Translations under genes and position numbers: made by a program
Notes under the pieces: model-generated
What the model saw: the letters and a program-made list of their open reading frames with translations, nothing else
What the model was told of the DNA's origin: nothing
Database searches by the model: none
In this document: in pieces, positions 19,085-28,678 of the stretch
How positions within the stretch are numbered: position 1 is the stretch's first letter
Layout: every line of letters begins with the position of its first letter
Assembly (NCBI GenBank): GCA_963663165.1
Contig: OY760175.1
Location: forward strand, 1,504,001 to 1,568,000
Reading direction: 5' to 3'
Length of the DNA stretch: 64,000 nt
Origin: an uncultured Desulfospira sp.
GTDB taxonomy: Bacteria > Desulfobacterota > Desulfobacteria > Desulfobacterales > Desulfobacteraceae

Positions 19085-20896
19085 CTACCCCATAAACGCC
19101 TCATCCGGCATGTCCATGATGGCCGGAATATTGGTCTTCAGGGCCTCCATTTTGCCCAGGGTGGCGGGCAGAATCCAGTTGATAAAGTACTCGGCCGTCT
19201 TGACCTGTCCCTGATAAAATGCCAGATCTTTTTTCTTTGCCTTTTCAATCTTGGGCTGGGCCACCACGGCCCGCCACAGTTCCATCCAGGCCATGCACAC
19301 GTCTCCGGTGACATCCAGGAAAGGATGGGCGATGGAAAAGGCATTGAGCACCTTTTCGGACATGGCGGTCATGCCCATGTGCATGGCCACTTCGCCCAGT
19401 TTGTTCACGGCCTGTTCCACCTTGGCGGCCAGGGGTTCCAGGGTCTCAATGGCCTTGGCTTGGGCAATGACCTGGTTCATCTCTCCCAGCAGGTCCATGA
19501 AGGGCTTGCCCTTTTTAAGGCCCAGTTTCCGGCCCAGAAGGTCCATGGCCTGGATCCCGTTGGTCCCTTCGTAAATGCTGGTGATCTTGCAGTCCCTGAG
19601 CAGCTGCTCCTGGGGATATTCCTGGGTAAAGCCGTAACCGCCGTAGATCTGGATGCCCTGGATGCAGACCTCAGCGGCTCGGTCCGTGCAGTAGGCCTTG
19701 GTGATGGGGGTTAAGAGTTCGATCAGGCCCTGCCATTTGTCTTTTTCCGCTTCATCTTCCGCTGTTAAGGCCCGGTCAAAACAAAAGGCGGTATAGTAGA
19801 CCAAAGACCGCATTCCGTCCACATTGGCTTTCATGGAAAGCAGCTGGCGCCGAACATCGGGATGGTTGATGATGGCAACGGGTTTGGGATCACTGTCAAA
19901 CATTTTCATTAAGTCCACCCCCTGGACCCGTTCCCTGGCATAGTTCACCGCATTGATATAAGAGCTGGTGGCAAAGGCAAACCCCTGGAGCCCAACCCCT
20001 AACCGGGCCTCGTTCATCATGACGAACATGGCCTTCATGCCCTTGTTTTCCTCACCCAGAAGTTCGCCAATACAGTTGCCCTTGGAGCCGAAAGAAAGGG
20101 AGGCCGTGGCATTGCCGTGGATCCCCATTTTTTCTTCAAGCCCTGTGCAGGCCACGTCATTGGGTTCGCCAAGGGAGCCGTCTGGGTTGACCCTGATTTT
20201 GGGAACCAGGAACAGGGAAATTCCTTTGGTTCCGGCCGGAGCGCCTTCAATCCTGGCCAGCACCGGATGAATAATGTTTTCGGTCAGGTTCTGTTCTCCG
20301 CCGGAGATAAAAATTTTATTGCCGGTGATGGTGTAGGTGCCGTCATCGTTCTTTTTGGCCGTGGTGGACAGATTGCCCACATCAGATCCGGCTTCCGGTT
20401 CGGTCAGGCACATGGTCCCGGCCCACTTGCCGGTATAAAGGTTCTCAAGATAGATTTTTTTCTGTTCCGGGGAGCCGAACTCCTCTACCAGCTTGCCGGC
20501 CCCGTGGGTCAACCCCGGATACATCTGGAAGGCGCAGTTGGCCCCCACGAACAGCTCGCCGGCTGCCGTGGCCAGAACCCTCGGCATGCCCTGGCCGCCG
20601 TATTCGGGATCATCGCACATGGCAATCCATTCGCCTTCACAATACAGTTCATAGGCTTTGCGAAAGGACTCGGGGATTTTAACCTCGCCCTTTTCCAGGG
20701 TGCAGCCCTGCTCGTCACCGTCCTTGTTGGTGGGCAGCAGCTCTTTGACGGCCAGGTTCCTGGCTTCAGAGACCACCATATCCATGGTTTTTTTGTTAAA
20801 GTCCTGAAACACTTCATGAGAGGACAGGCTTGATGCATCAAGCACCTCATGAAGAACAAATTCCTGATCCCGTCTGTCAGCGATGGATTGTGCCAT
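19085..20896 (-). CDS. Acyl-CoA dehydrogenase (long ~600-aa type)
   Basis: GTMCLTEPEAGSD, GNKIFIS, KGISLFLVPK, EEKMGIHG, MMNEARLGVG, YEGTNGIQAMDL. Confidence 0.95.
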   Translation of the reverse strand: MAQSIADRRDQEFVLHEVLDASSLSSHEVFQDFNKKTMDMVVSEARNLAVKELLPTNKDGDEQGCTLEKGEVKIPESFRKAYELYCEGEWIAMCDDPEYGGQGMPRVLATAAGELFVGANCAFQMYPGLTHGAGKLVEEFGSPEQKKIYLENLYTGKWAGTMCLTEPEAGSDVGNLSTTAKKNDDGTYTITGNKIFISGGEQNLTENIIHPVLARIEGAPAGTKGISLFLVPKIRVNPDGSLGEPNDVACTGLEEKMGIHGNATASLSFGSKGNCIGELLGEENKGMKAMFVMMNEARLGVGLQGFAFATSSYINAVNYARERVQGVDLMKMFDSDPKPVAIINHPDVRRQLLSMKANVDGMRSLVYYTAFCFDRALTAEDEAEKDKWQGLIELLTPITKAYCTDRAAEVCIQGIQIYGGYGFTQEYPQEQLLRDCKITSIYEGTNGIQAMDLLGRKLGLKKGKPFMDLLGEMNQVIAQAKAIETLEPLAAKVEQAVNKLGEVAMHMGMTAMSEKVLNAFSIAHPFLDVTGDVCMAWMELWRAVVAQPKIEKAKKKDLAFYQGQVKTAEYFINWILPATLGKMEALKTNIPAIMDMPDEAFMG

Positions 20897-20908
20897 TGGT
20901 TTTCTCCT

Positions 20909-21541
20909 TTAATTTTTTTTATAGCTATTGGCGATGCCCTTGGTAAGCATTTCAAATATCATTAAAAGCCTCTGGTTGATCTGGCTTTCATCCTCTTCCC
21001 TGAACAGGGAGGCCCAGGCCGCCGAATGGGCGATATGGCTGAACAGCTCGGCCATGTCGGGTGCGGGATAATCCCTGATTTCCCCGGCCTCAATGCCCTG
21101 CTCCAGGATGTCCTGAAACAGGCTGACCATTTTTTCATTGAGCCGGTTGACCCGCTCATTGAGTTTGGGGATGGCCACCGCATCAATATTGGACCGCTCG
21201 GAAATATAGATCTTCACCACCTCCTGGTTGGCCCGGTAAAATTCAGACTGGGCTTTCATGCAGGCAAACAGCTTTGAGGGGGCATCCATATCCTTATTTT
21301 GCTTGATATCAACCATGATATGGCCCAGCTCATGAATCCGCTCAATGACCAGGTCATGGTACATTTCCTTTTTCCCCGGGAAATATTTGTAAATCGTTCC
21401 CAACGGATACTGGGAGGCTTTGGAGATCTGGACCATGGTGGTTCCGTGAAATCCCCTGGCCGCAAAGATCTGGCAGGCAGTTTTTAAAATTTCCTGCCGC
21501 TTTCTTAAATCGTCCCTCTCTTTTCTGGTCACCCGGCCCAT
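20909..21541 (-). CDS. TetR/AcrR-family transcriptional regulator
   Basis: FAARGFHGTTM.QI....GTIYKYFPGK HTH. Confidence 0.92.
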   Translation of the reverse strand: MGRVTRKERDDLRKRQEILKTACQIFAARGFHGTTMVQISKASQYPLGTIYKYFPGKKEMYHDLVIERIHELGHIMVDIKQNKDMDAPSKLFACMKAQSEFYRANQEVVKIYISERSNIDAVAIPKLNERVNRLNEKMVSLFQDILEQGIEAGEIRDYPAPDMAELFSHIAHSAAWASLFREEDESQINQRLLMIFEMLTKGIANSYKKN

Positions 21542-21561
21542 GCAAATCCTTGTTTCAAGAT

Positions 21562-21577
21562 TAGAATATATATTCTA
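21562..21577. promoter_or_regulatory. Perfect palindrome, putative TetR operator
   Basis: TAGAATATATATTCTA overlapping the -10 region of a minus-strand TTGACA promoter. Confidence 0.6.
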
Positions 21578-21879
21578 TAAACAGAAGTGATATTTTTGTC
21601 AAGAAAATTTAGGGAATTAGAGCAGAGACTGAAGCAGGGGCAAATCCGGAAGCCACGGGGTTGTTCTTTATAACTGTCCGGCCAATGCTGAGAAGCAAAC
21701 CAAAATCAGGGACCGTAGCGGCTCTATATGCCCCGGTCGGCTGAGCCCCCCGATATGATGAACACCACGGTCATAAAACCCATGAAAGACAAATTCAAAT
21801 CAACACGAAGAAAAAAGCTTCAAAATCTGAGCTGTTTGAACGGGTATAAAGATAACCAACCTTACTGTGCTAAACCGCA

Positions 21880-21990
21880 TTTTTTGGGGTTAAAAAGGGT
21901 CGATTAAGGCCATAAAACCCCTTACTTTTATAACCTTTTCTCTATATTTCAAGCCGCTTAGCGCGGCCCGACCCCCGCCGCCGACCGCCG
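21880..21990 (+). repeat. R0: diverged, inverted copy of the cassette-array repeat end, with junction stutter
   Basis: TTTTTGGGGTTAAAAAGGGTCGATTAAGGC...TTAGCGCGGCCCGACCCC matches the reverse complement of R1 (...TTAGCGTGGCCCGACCCC); followed by cgccg ccgaccgccg. Confidence 0.75.
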
Positions 21991-22217
21991 AAAGCCAAAA
22001 GAAAAAAAGGGAAAAAAACCTCACACCATTGTTACTTTTTTTTCATAATTGTATTACTTTTTTTTCACAATTTCTCCATATCTTTCGCAATCACAAATAA
22101 AAAATAAAAACTGAATGCTATTCATAATATTTTTTCTAATTTATTTATATTCAAAAACACCTGCCAATAAGCTTTTTCAAAATTATATTTCATTTCTCAT
22201 TCTCAAATTGTTGAAAT

Positions 22218-22233
22218 TGGCACGCCTCTTGCT
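22218..22233 (+). promoter_or_regulatory. Sigma54 (-24/-12) promoter
   Basis: TGGCACGCCTCTTGCT fits TGGCAC-N5-TTGC and lies upstream of the PEP-CTERM gene. Confidence 0.85.
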
Positions 22234-22442
22234 AACTTTTATATTCAGTGAGTGCCTAAATACACGACCGTATTTTTAGAAAATTGGCATCATGAACGCT
22301 CACTATGTAAAATTTTCAGGGCAATATGCCTATCGCAGTCAAAATACTGCTGGAATCCCAATAGTATGTAGTGCGTTTGGGAAATAAGCCCTCGAGAATC
22401 AAACTTAATTTACGTTATTTTTCAAAAGGAGGAGGTTTGCAC

Positions 22443-23567
22443 ATGAAAAAAGGTTTATTAGTCTTCTTTACTTTAATTTTTTTAAGTTTCAGTTCAGCTT
22501 ACGCCACCACGTACAGCGAGGAATTAGCGGTTGTTAATGCGATAGCTCAGTATCTGGTGGATAATCAAAATAATGACGGTGGATGGGACTGGACACAGGC
22601 TGCTGATGGCTCTGGAGATACGAATTCCGACACTGGATCAACCCAGAACACGGCAGGTGCAACTGCCCGTGGCCTGGTTTCTGCGTATAATCTGACAGGA
22701 AATGTTGACTATCTAAATTCGGCTATTGCAACTGCAAACTACATTATAGAGAACCAGACGACTGTGGCTGGAGCGCATAAAGACTCTTTGTTTCTGTATG
22801 AACTTGATCAAACCCTTACAAATTCGGGACTTGATAATACATATAATGGAACAACTAAAACCTACGGGAAGTATGCCCAAGACGCTGTCTCCGATGCCAT
22901 AACTGCATTCACAACAACTGGAAAATATAAGACTTACTCATGGACAACTTCTGGAAAACTTTCAACTGATATTATCGCTGCTTTTAATGAAATGAGGGGA
23001 ACAGATACTGACACCTACGCCGCATTAACACTCTGGGAAGCAGGCGAGTGGGCACAGGCAATCTATACAATCTCTACTGACACGAATTATAAAACTGAAG
23101 CAATCGAACTTGCCAACACATTATTTGATTTAGCTATAGGAGACGATGGTCTTTTTAACACCACAGATGATGATTATCTTGGAGCATATGCAGATATGTA
23201 TGCGCTTGGGCTTTCAGGACTTCTTGAAGGCATGGCAACAGTAGGCTCCGATTTATCAGACATTGAAGCTCTTGTAGAATACCTTAGTTCATTAGGCACC
23301 TATGGAGATTATCAGGTAGCCGGATATTACGCTCTTGCAATGGAGTTGGCAGGAGAAATTGCTTTGGCTGAGGCTGCTGGTGTTGATATATATGATATCT
23401 ATGAGTCTTATGGATTAAACAATGGTTATAGTGCAATTTACGTGGAATGCCTGGGAGAAGCCCTTCATGGGCTATCAAGCAACATGGTTCCCGAGCCCGC
23501 CACTATGGCCCTTTTCGGACTCGGCCTTTTGGGAATTGCTGGCATTAGCAGAAGAAAAAACAGCTAA
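22443..23567 (+). CDS. PEP-CTERM exosortase-sorted surface protein
   Basis: Signal peptide MKKGLLVFF..AYA; C-terminus VPEPATMALFGLGLLGIAGISRRK; QNNDGGWDW motif like prenyltransferase/alpha-alpha barrel repeats; AGGAGG RBS. Confidence 0.92.
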   Translation: MKKGLLVFFTLIFLSFSSAYATTYSEELAVVNAIAQYLVDNQNNDGGWDWTQAADGSGDTNSDTGSTQNTAGATARGLVSAYNLTGNVDYLNSAIATANYIIENQTTVAGAHKDSLFLYELDQTLTNSGLDNTYNGTTKTYGKYAQDAVSDAITAFTTTGKYKTYSWTTSGKLSTDIIAAFNEMRGTDTDTYAALTLWEAGEWAQAIYTISTDTNYKTEAIELANTLFDLAIGDDGLFNTTDDDYLGAYADMYALGLSGLLEGMATVGSDLSDIEALVEYLSSLGTYGDYQVAGYYALAMELAGEIALAEAAGVDIYDIYESYGLNNGYSAIYVECLGEALHGLSSNMVPEPATMALFGLGLLGIAGISRRKNS

Positions 23568-23632
23568 TTACGGGAATGAAATGTAAATTGAAATGGGTTT
23601 TGAATTGTTGTTGAAAATTGTGAAATGGGTTG

Positions 23633-23864
23633 AAATGGGGTCGGGCCACGCTAACCTATTTAAAATACAATGGATAGGCTTAATTTTTGACCCTATTTCC
23701 GCCTTAATCAGCCCTTTTTAGACCCAAAAACAAAGGATTAAGGGATCAAAAGCGAGGAACGCAAGTACCCCATACCCCACAGTACCCCGGCCCCCAAATC
23801 AGGGCCCGACAAAAACCAAAAGCCGGTCGAAATTTCCTTTTCGACCGGCTTTTGGTTTAATGCT
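23633..23864 (+). repeat. R1 cassette-array repeat
   Basis: AAATGGGGTCGGGCCACGCTAAC... ending in hairpin AAACCAAAAGCCGGTCGAAA...TTTCGACCGGCTTTTGGTTT. Confidence 0.92.
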
Positions 23865-23887
23865 CCCCATAGCCTGGTAAACAGTTT

Positions 23888-23935
23888 TTAAGGTTTCAGG
23901 ATCTGCATAATGTTTCTGGCACCATGAAGTACTCT
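23888..23935 (-). pseudogene. 3' remnant of a ParE toxin gene
   Basis: Encodes RVLHGARNIMQILKP*, compared with RVPHGARNIIQILKA* for the parE at 32881; the downstream flank is also homologous. Confidence 0.8.
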
Positions 23936-23940
23936 TTGAG

Positions 23941-24163
23941 AAATGGGGTCGGGCCACGCTAACCTGTTTAAAATACATTAAATAGCCTTAATTTTTGGCC
24001 TTATTTCCGCCTTAATCAGCCCTTTTTAGGCCCAAAAACAAGGGTTAAGGATTTATAACAGGCGAACGTAAAAACCCCATAAACCCCCGGCCCAAATTAG
24101 AGCCGGACAAACCCCAAAGGCCGGTTGAAATTTTCTTTTCGACCGGCCTTTGGGGTTCATGCT
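23941..24163 (+). repeat. R2 cassette-array repeat
   Basis: Same start motif and terminal hairpin as R1. Confidence 0.92.
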
Positions 24164-24266
24164 CTTTGCCGGTACTTGATTTCGGCCACCACAGCCGGTG
24201 TCCCAGCTATATCAATTGTTTTCATAACCTCTCTGGATAAAAACAATTCAATCCCTATAATTATCG

Positions 24267-24674
24267 TTACGCCTTCCGGGCATCAAGGGTCTTGACGTGG
24301 GGATATGCCAGGATTCTATTATCCGCCGTAATCAGCTGTAAATTATGCTTTCTGGCCGATGCCACAATAATCTGGTCAGCAGGATCTTTGTGAAACTCCC
24401 CGGGAAGGGTGTTGGCCTCAATGGAAATATCAATTGATAATGGTACAATCCTGATCCCTTTAGGATTAGCAGCAGCTGTCAGCCAGTCAGCCAGAGGCAA
24501 AGACAGACACAATTTTCCCAAAGAAACTTTCTTGGCAATTTCCCAAGGGGTAATGGCCGATATGGCGAGGTCTTCCGAGCTGGAACGGCGTAGAACATCG
24601 CTTATGTTTCCGGATAAATCACCCGAGGACTCAGCCATCCAGATCAGGACATGGGTATCAAGTAAATACGTCAT
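24267..24674 (-). CDS. PIN-domain toxin (VapC-like)
   Basis: MTYLLDTHVLIW, SAITPWEI, HKDPADQIIVA, LITAD. Confidence 0.92.
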   Translation of the reverse strand: MTYLLDTHVLIWMAESSGDLSGNISDVLRRSSSEDLAISAITPWEIAKKVSLGKLCLSLPLADWLTAAANPKGIRIVPLSIDISIEANTLPGEFHKDPADQIIVASARKHNLQLITADNRILAYPHVKTLDARKA

Positions 24675-24909
24675 TTTCGGACGCTTCCCATTCATCGTCC
24701 CCCAGGGGAGAGTCAAAATCTTCTGCTATGTATGTAACGGTACCTGCCAGAGCTCCGAAAATTGGGTTTCCCCTTTTCTTTGGCGCAGGACAGGAAACAA
24801 CAGCCACAACTTTTCCCCGGTTCGTTACATGAATAGGTTGATCCAAATCCGGCAGCTTTCTTAAATATTCTGTGCATTTTGCTTTAAATTCAGTGACGGC
24901 GACCCGCAT
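24658..24909 (-). CDS. Phd/YefM-family antitoxin
   Basis: VTEFKAKC...IHVTNRGKVVAVV; overlaps the PIN gene; GAGGTG RBS. Confidence 0.9.
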   Translation of the reverse strand: MRVAVTEFKAKCTEYLRKLPDLDQPIHVTNRGKVVAVVSCPAPKKRGNPIFGALAGTVTYIAEDFDSPLGDDEWEASENDVFT

Positions 24910-25064
24910 ATCACACCTCATTTTTAAACTATTTAACCATATTATATAGTCCCAAGGTCGATTTATCAAGACAGATTATACAACGGGTCCGTGTCGTTGT
25001 ACCAAACCGCCAATGCGGAAATGGGGTTTGGAAATTTGGAAATGGGGTTTGGAAATGGGGTTGG

Positions 25065-25293
25065 AAATGGGGTCGGGCCACGCTAACGTATTTAAAACAC
25101 AGTAAATAGCCTTAATTTTTGGCTTTATTTCCGCCTTAATCAATCCTTTTTAAGCCCAAAACAGGGATTAAGGGGGGGATGCCCGAACCAACGAGCTCAA
25201 ATACCACATAAAACCCCCGGCCCCCCAAATCAGGGCCGGACAAAAACCAAAGGCCGGTCGAAATTTTTTTTTCGCCCGGCCTTTTGGGTTCAT
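25065..25293 (+). repeat. R3 cassette-array repeat
   Basis: Same start motif and hairpin; preceded by stutter at 25017-25064. Confidence 0.92.
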
Positions 25294-25348
25294 ATTTTAA
25301 GTTAGCAAGACTGGAAACCGGGAAATCGCCCCCGGAGTTGTTAACAGA

Positions 25349-25684
25349 TTATTCGCCGTACATGTCGGTTATCAGTTTCCTTAGTTGGGCTGTTTTGGTT
25401 TCAGACAGGCGGTCAATTCTATTTTTTAATCTTTGTTTGCTGATGGTGCGAATTTGATCAACGGCAATTTCAGCATCTTTCTGCGCGCATTTAATCTGTA
25501 ACCGGGTTCTCCATCTTGGATGAAGCTTTGAAGTCAATGGACAGATGACAATGGTTTCAAGGTATTGATTCATTTCATCACGGCTGACAACCACGACCGG
25601 CCGGACCTTTTTGATCTCACGGCCAAGGGTGGGGTCAAGATCGGCAAAATAGATATCATACCGTTTAATATCCAAAATCCTCAT
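25349..25684 (-). CDS. PemK/MazF-family toxin
   Basis: YFADLDPTLGREIKKVRPVVVVS, PLTS, DQIRTISKQRL; start codon uncertain (25684 or 25675). Confidence 0.92.
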   Translation of the reverse strand: MRILDIKRYDIYFADLDPTLGREIKKVRPVVVVSRDEMNQYLETIVICPLTSKLHPRWRTRLQIKCAQKDAEIAVDQIRTISKQRLKNRIDRLSETKTAQLRKLITDMYGE

Positions 25685-25940
25685 CCTCGAGTCCATCCGC
25701 CAGCGTTACATCAAACTCATCCCAATTTTCCTTTTCCCCGGCCATTTCTTTACACGTTTCCTCCCAGGACAGCTTGCCTTCCTCTTCTTTTTTCCGGAGA
25801 AGGAGTCCTTTATCGGTTTCTTCAAGCACCAGCATATTCATGAATCCATACTTTTGAATGATGTCCTTTGGGATACGGATTCCCCTTGAGTTTCCAATGG
25901 GAATGAGTTTAATGGTATTCACCCGCTTTGCTTTTTCCAT
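25665..25940 (-). CDS. AbrB/MazE-family antitoxin
   Basis: LIPIGNSRGIRIPK; acidic C-terminus; overlaps the toxin gene. Confidence 0.9.
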   Translation of the reverse strand: MEKAKRVNTIKLIPIGNSRGIRIPKDIIQKYGFMNMLVLEETDKGLLLRKKEEEGKLSWEETCKEMAGEKENWDEFDVTLADGLEDEDFGY

Positions 25941-26088
25941 TTGAGCCCCTCTCTTTGATTGGATAGCGTAGTTACAGTAATTACAATAATAATGAAAATC
26001 ACAATCAGTGTCAATGCGTGGTCACCCAAAGCTTCAAAAGGGTTCAAGGAGTGGTGGCAAAGGCGTGAAATGGAAATGAAATGGTGTG

Positions 26089-26306
26089 AAATGGGGTCGG
26101 GCCACGCTAACCTATTTAAAATACAATAGATAGGCTTAATTTTTGACCCTATTTCCGCCTTAATCAGCCCTTTTCAGGCTCAAAAAACAGGAATTAAGGA
26201 TTAGCAAGCTCAAAGATGCTATAAATTCACCGGCCCCATATTAGGGCCCGACAAAAACCAAAGGCCGGTCGAAATTTTTTTTCGACCGGCCTTTGGGGTT
26301 CATGCT
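26089..26306 (+). repeat. R4 cassette-array repeat
   Basis: First ~85 nt differ from R1 at one position; terminal hairpin present. Confidence 0.92.
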
Positions 26307-26370
26307 GTTTGTTTGTTGAGGTACTTTTGAAAAATGAGGTCTGCCTTGCCATGACAGGAACCCGATCAAA

Positions 26371-27531
26371 TTAAAGGCTGCTGCCACATGCCCGCCACCC
26401 CATAACCTGTATCCCCTTTTGCTGATAGGAGTCATCTCCGGCGTAAATCAACGTCGGCGTTTGGGCTTTCTCTTTGGCAAGGGAACACCATTTTTTAAGT
26501 CCGGCAAAAGATTCATGTGTCAAAGTGCGGCCCGACTTAATTTCAACCGGAGTTAAATAGATCCCGTTTTCCATAATAAGATCAACTTCATTGCCGTTGC
26601 TGTCCCGCCAGAAAAAAAAGGCCGGTTTTTCGCCCTGGTTCAGTTTTGATTTTATCATTTCTGAGACAATAAAAGTTTCAAAAATACTGCCCCGCAAGGG
26701 ATGGGTTATCATCTGTTCAGATGTTCTGATCCCTAAAAGCCAGGATACCAGGCCAACATCGTAGAAATAGAGCTTGGGCATTTTTACCAGCCGTTTATTA
26801 AAATTCTCATGATGGGGACGAAGAAGAAAAATGATATAACTTGCCTCAAGGACAGATATCCATGATTTTACAGTATTATGGGTAATCCCGCATTCAGTCG
26901 CCAGAGAAGAAAGGTTTAGAAGCTGCCCTGTCCTGCCGGCGCACAGCCTTACAAAGCGCTGGAATGTTTCCAGATCCTGAATTTTGAGCATTTGCCTGAC
27001 ATCCCGTTCTACATAGGCGGTTACATAAGCGCTGTACCAGGCAGAAGGCTGAAGTCCCCGGTCATAAATCGGTGGATAACAGCCGGTCAGCAGCATGGTA
27101 TCAATACTGCCTGGCAACGCACTCGCAAGGGTAAGTTCCGGTATGGAAAAAGGCAGCAGTTCAACAAAGGCCGTCCGTCCGGCAAGGGATTGTGTAATAC
27201 CGGACATCAGGCCGAACTGCTGAGATCCCGTCAATATAAAAAGCCCCATTCCACCGTTATTATCCACCAGGGTTTGGAGATAGGACAAAATTTGAGGACA
27301 TCGCTGCACTTCATCCAGAACCGCTCCGTTTGGAAACCGGGCAAGAAAAGAACGGGGATCTTCTGTTGCGGCCTGCCTGAGATCCGGCTCTTCAAGAGAT
27401 GCATATGGGTGATTTGAAAAAACCGCCCTGGCAAGGGTAGTCTTACCTGATTGGCGTGGTCCGGTCAGGGTTACAACGGGAAATCCGCCCAGCAGGTTTT
27501 CAAGTATTTCTCTTGCATTTCGATGAATCAT
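26371..27531 (-). CDS. AAA+ ATPase with C-terminal DUF4143/PD-(D/E)xK-like domain
   Basis: GPRQSGKTTL, LDEVQ, LTGS, LAGR, KMPKLYFYDVGL, FETF, RDSNGNEVDLI, VEIKSG. Confidence 0.88.
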   Translation of the reverse strand: MIHRNAREILENLLGGFPVVTLTGPRQSGKTTLARAVFSNHPYASLEEPDLRQAATEDPRSFLARFPNGAVLDEVQRCPQILSYLQTLVDNNGGMGLFILTGSQQFGLMSGITQSLAGRTAFVELLPFSIPELTLASALPGSIDTMLLTGCYPPIYDRGLQPSAWYSAYVTAYVERDVRQMLKIQDLETFQRFVRLCAGRTGQLLNLSSLATECGITHNTVKSWISVLEASYIIFLLRPHHENFNKRLVKMPKLYFYDVGLVSWLLGIRTSEQMITHPLRGSIFETFIVSEMIKSKLNQGEKPAFFFWRDSNGNEVDLIMENGIYLTPVEIKSGRTLTHESFAGLKKWCSLAKEKAQTPTLIYAGDDSYQQKGIQVMGWRACGSSL

Positions 27532-27593
27532 GGCAAATTTCTATAAACCTCACTCAAAATGAAATATAAATTCATTTCATACATTAAGCCGGA

Positions 27594-27630
27594 TTATGCA
27601 ATTTGTAAATAACTTTTACAAATTGCATAA
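27594..27630. promoter_or_regulatory. 16-bp perfect inverted repeat upstream of the ATPase gene
   Basis: TTATGCAATTTGTAAA-N5-TTTACAAATTGCATAA. Confidence 0.6.
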
Positions 27631-27700
27631 AAGACTCTTGGGGCCTATATATTTTGGGAGTGAAATGTGAAAAAAGCGCCGCCCACCGCGCACACGCATT

Positions 27701-27832
27701 CTAAAACAAATCAGAATGTGTTCCGGTCCGTTCAAAAACAACTTTATCCGGTTCAATTATATAGATCAGCAGCCAATCAGATTCAATGTAACATTCCCGG
27801 CACCCCTTCCAATTGCCGATCAGCTTATGATC
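27701..27832 (-). pseudogene. yafQ: YafQ toxin, 3' half (split by transposon)
   Basis: DHKLIGNWKGCRECYIESDWLLIY...FERTGTHSDLF*. Confidence 0.9.
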
Positions 27833-27975
27833 CCGGTTGAGAATGGTCACAAAAAATCATGGAAAAATTGAAGATAATTTGCAAGATATGTCAGGTTTGA
27901 GGCAGAAGTTCCCCTGTTTATCTCGCAAATAATCGTGAAACTCCTGCCTCCCCACCCAATAACAGGGCAGGAGAT

Positions 27976-28563
27976 ATGCTATCAGAAGTTCTGAAAAACG
28001 AAAGTTTTTTTTGGGATCTATACAAAATAGATCTGGCAACAGCCGAACGTTATAGACAGATGAAGTGCCCCCACTGCCAGGGACCGTTGTATTATGCCAA
28101 TTATCCGCGCAAACCCAGGGGGGAGCCTGAAGGGTTGTCTGAAGAATGTTTTTTACAATTCAGTTTATGTTGCGGAAGGGAAGGCTGTCGACGTCGTTTG
28201 ATCCCGCCAACCTGCCGTTTCCTTGGTAAAAACATTTACTGGTATGCGGCCATTCTGACGATTGTGTCCGACTGGCAGAACCAATCTGTAGGTATCACGA
28301 TGTCCAGGTTTGCTGAAACAATCGGTATCTCCCGCAACACCCTTAGCCGCTGGGTCAGCTTATTCAAAGAAATATTTCCAACAAGCTCTCAATGGAAGAA
28401 AATCCGGGGCCGAGTACCTGCAAGCGTAAAAAATGATCGTCTTCCAGCAAGTTTGGTCAACTTCTATCTGCATCAACAGGCGTCCATCAAAAAAACGTTG
28501 ATCTCCTGTTTGTCATTCTTGTCTCAAGGCAGTGAAATATCACAAAAAATAAGGGCCGGGTAA
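27976..28563 (+). CDS. Transposon accessory protein (Zn-ribbon plus putative HTH)
   Basis: CPHC ... CCGREGCRRR; IGISRNTLSRW. Confidence 0.75.
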   Translation: MLSEVLKNESFFWDLYKIDLATAERYRQMKCPHCQGPLYYANYPRKPRGEPEGLSEECFLQFSLCCGREGCRRRLIPPTCRFLGKNIYWYAAILTIVSDWQNQSVGITMSRFAETIGISRNTLSRWVSLFKEIFPTSSQWKKIRGRVPASVKNDRLPASLVNFYLHQQASIKKTLISCLSFLSQGSEISQKIRAG

Positions 28564-28678
28564 TCTCACGCAGAAGATGGGCGTGGCCTTGGGCGCTCAA
28601 CTGTTCTATCAAAGGGGCCGGGATTTTTATCAGCATTTCGCTGAAAATTTTAACTCAAAATTGAAAGGACCCCGGCCT

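Noticed and set aside
21700..21880. Possible transposase 3' remnant upstream of R0
   Set aside because: No sustained reading frame or recognisable motif; would need a translated search.
23633..23660. Group II intron 3' end (…CCCGAC on the minus strand)
   Set aside because: No domain V/VI motif or reverse transcriptase ORF was seen.
24157..24225. 22-codon ORF (MKTIDIAGTPAVVAEIKYRQRA) with an RBS running into R2
   Set aside because: Possibly a truncated gene start, but too short to support a call.
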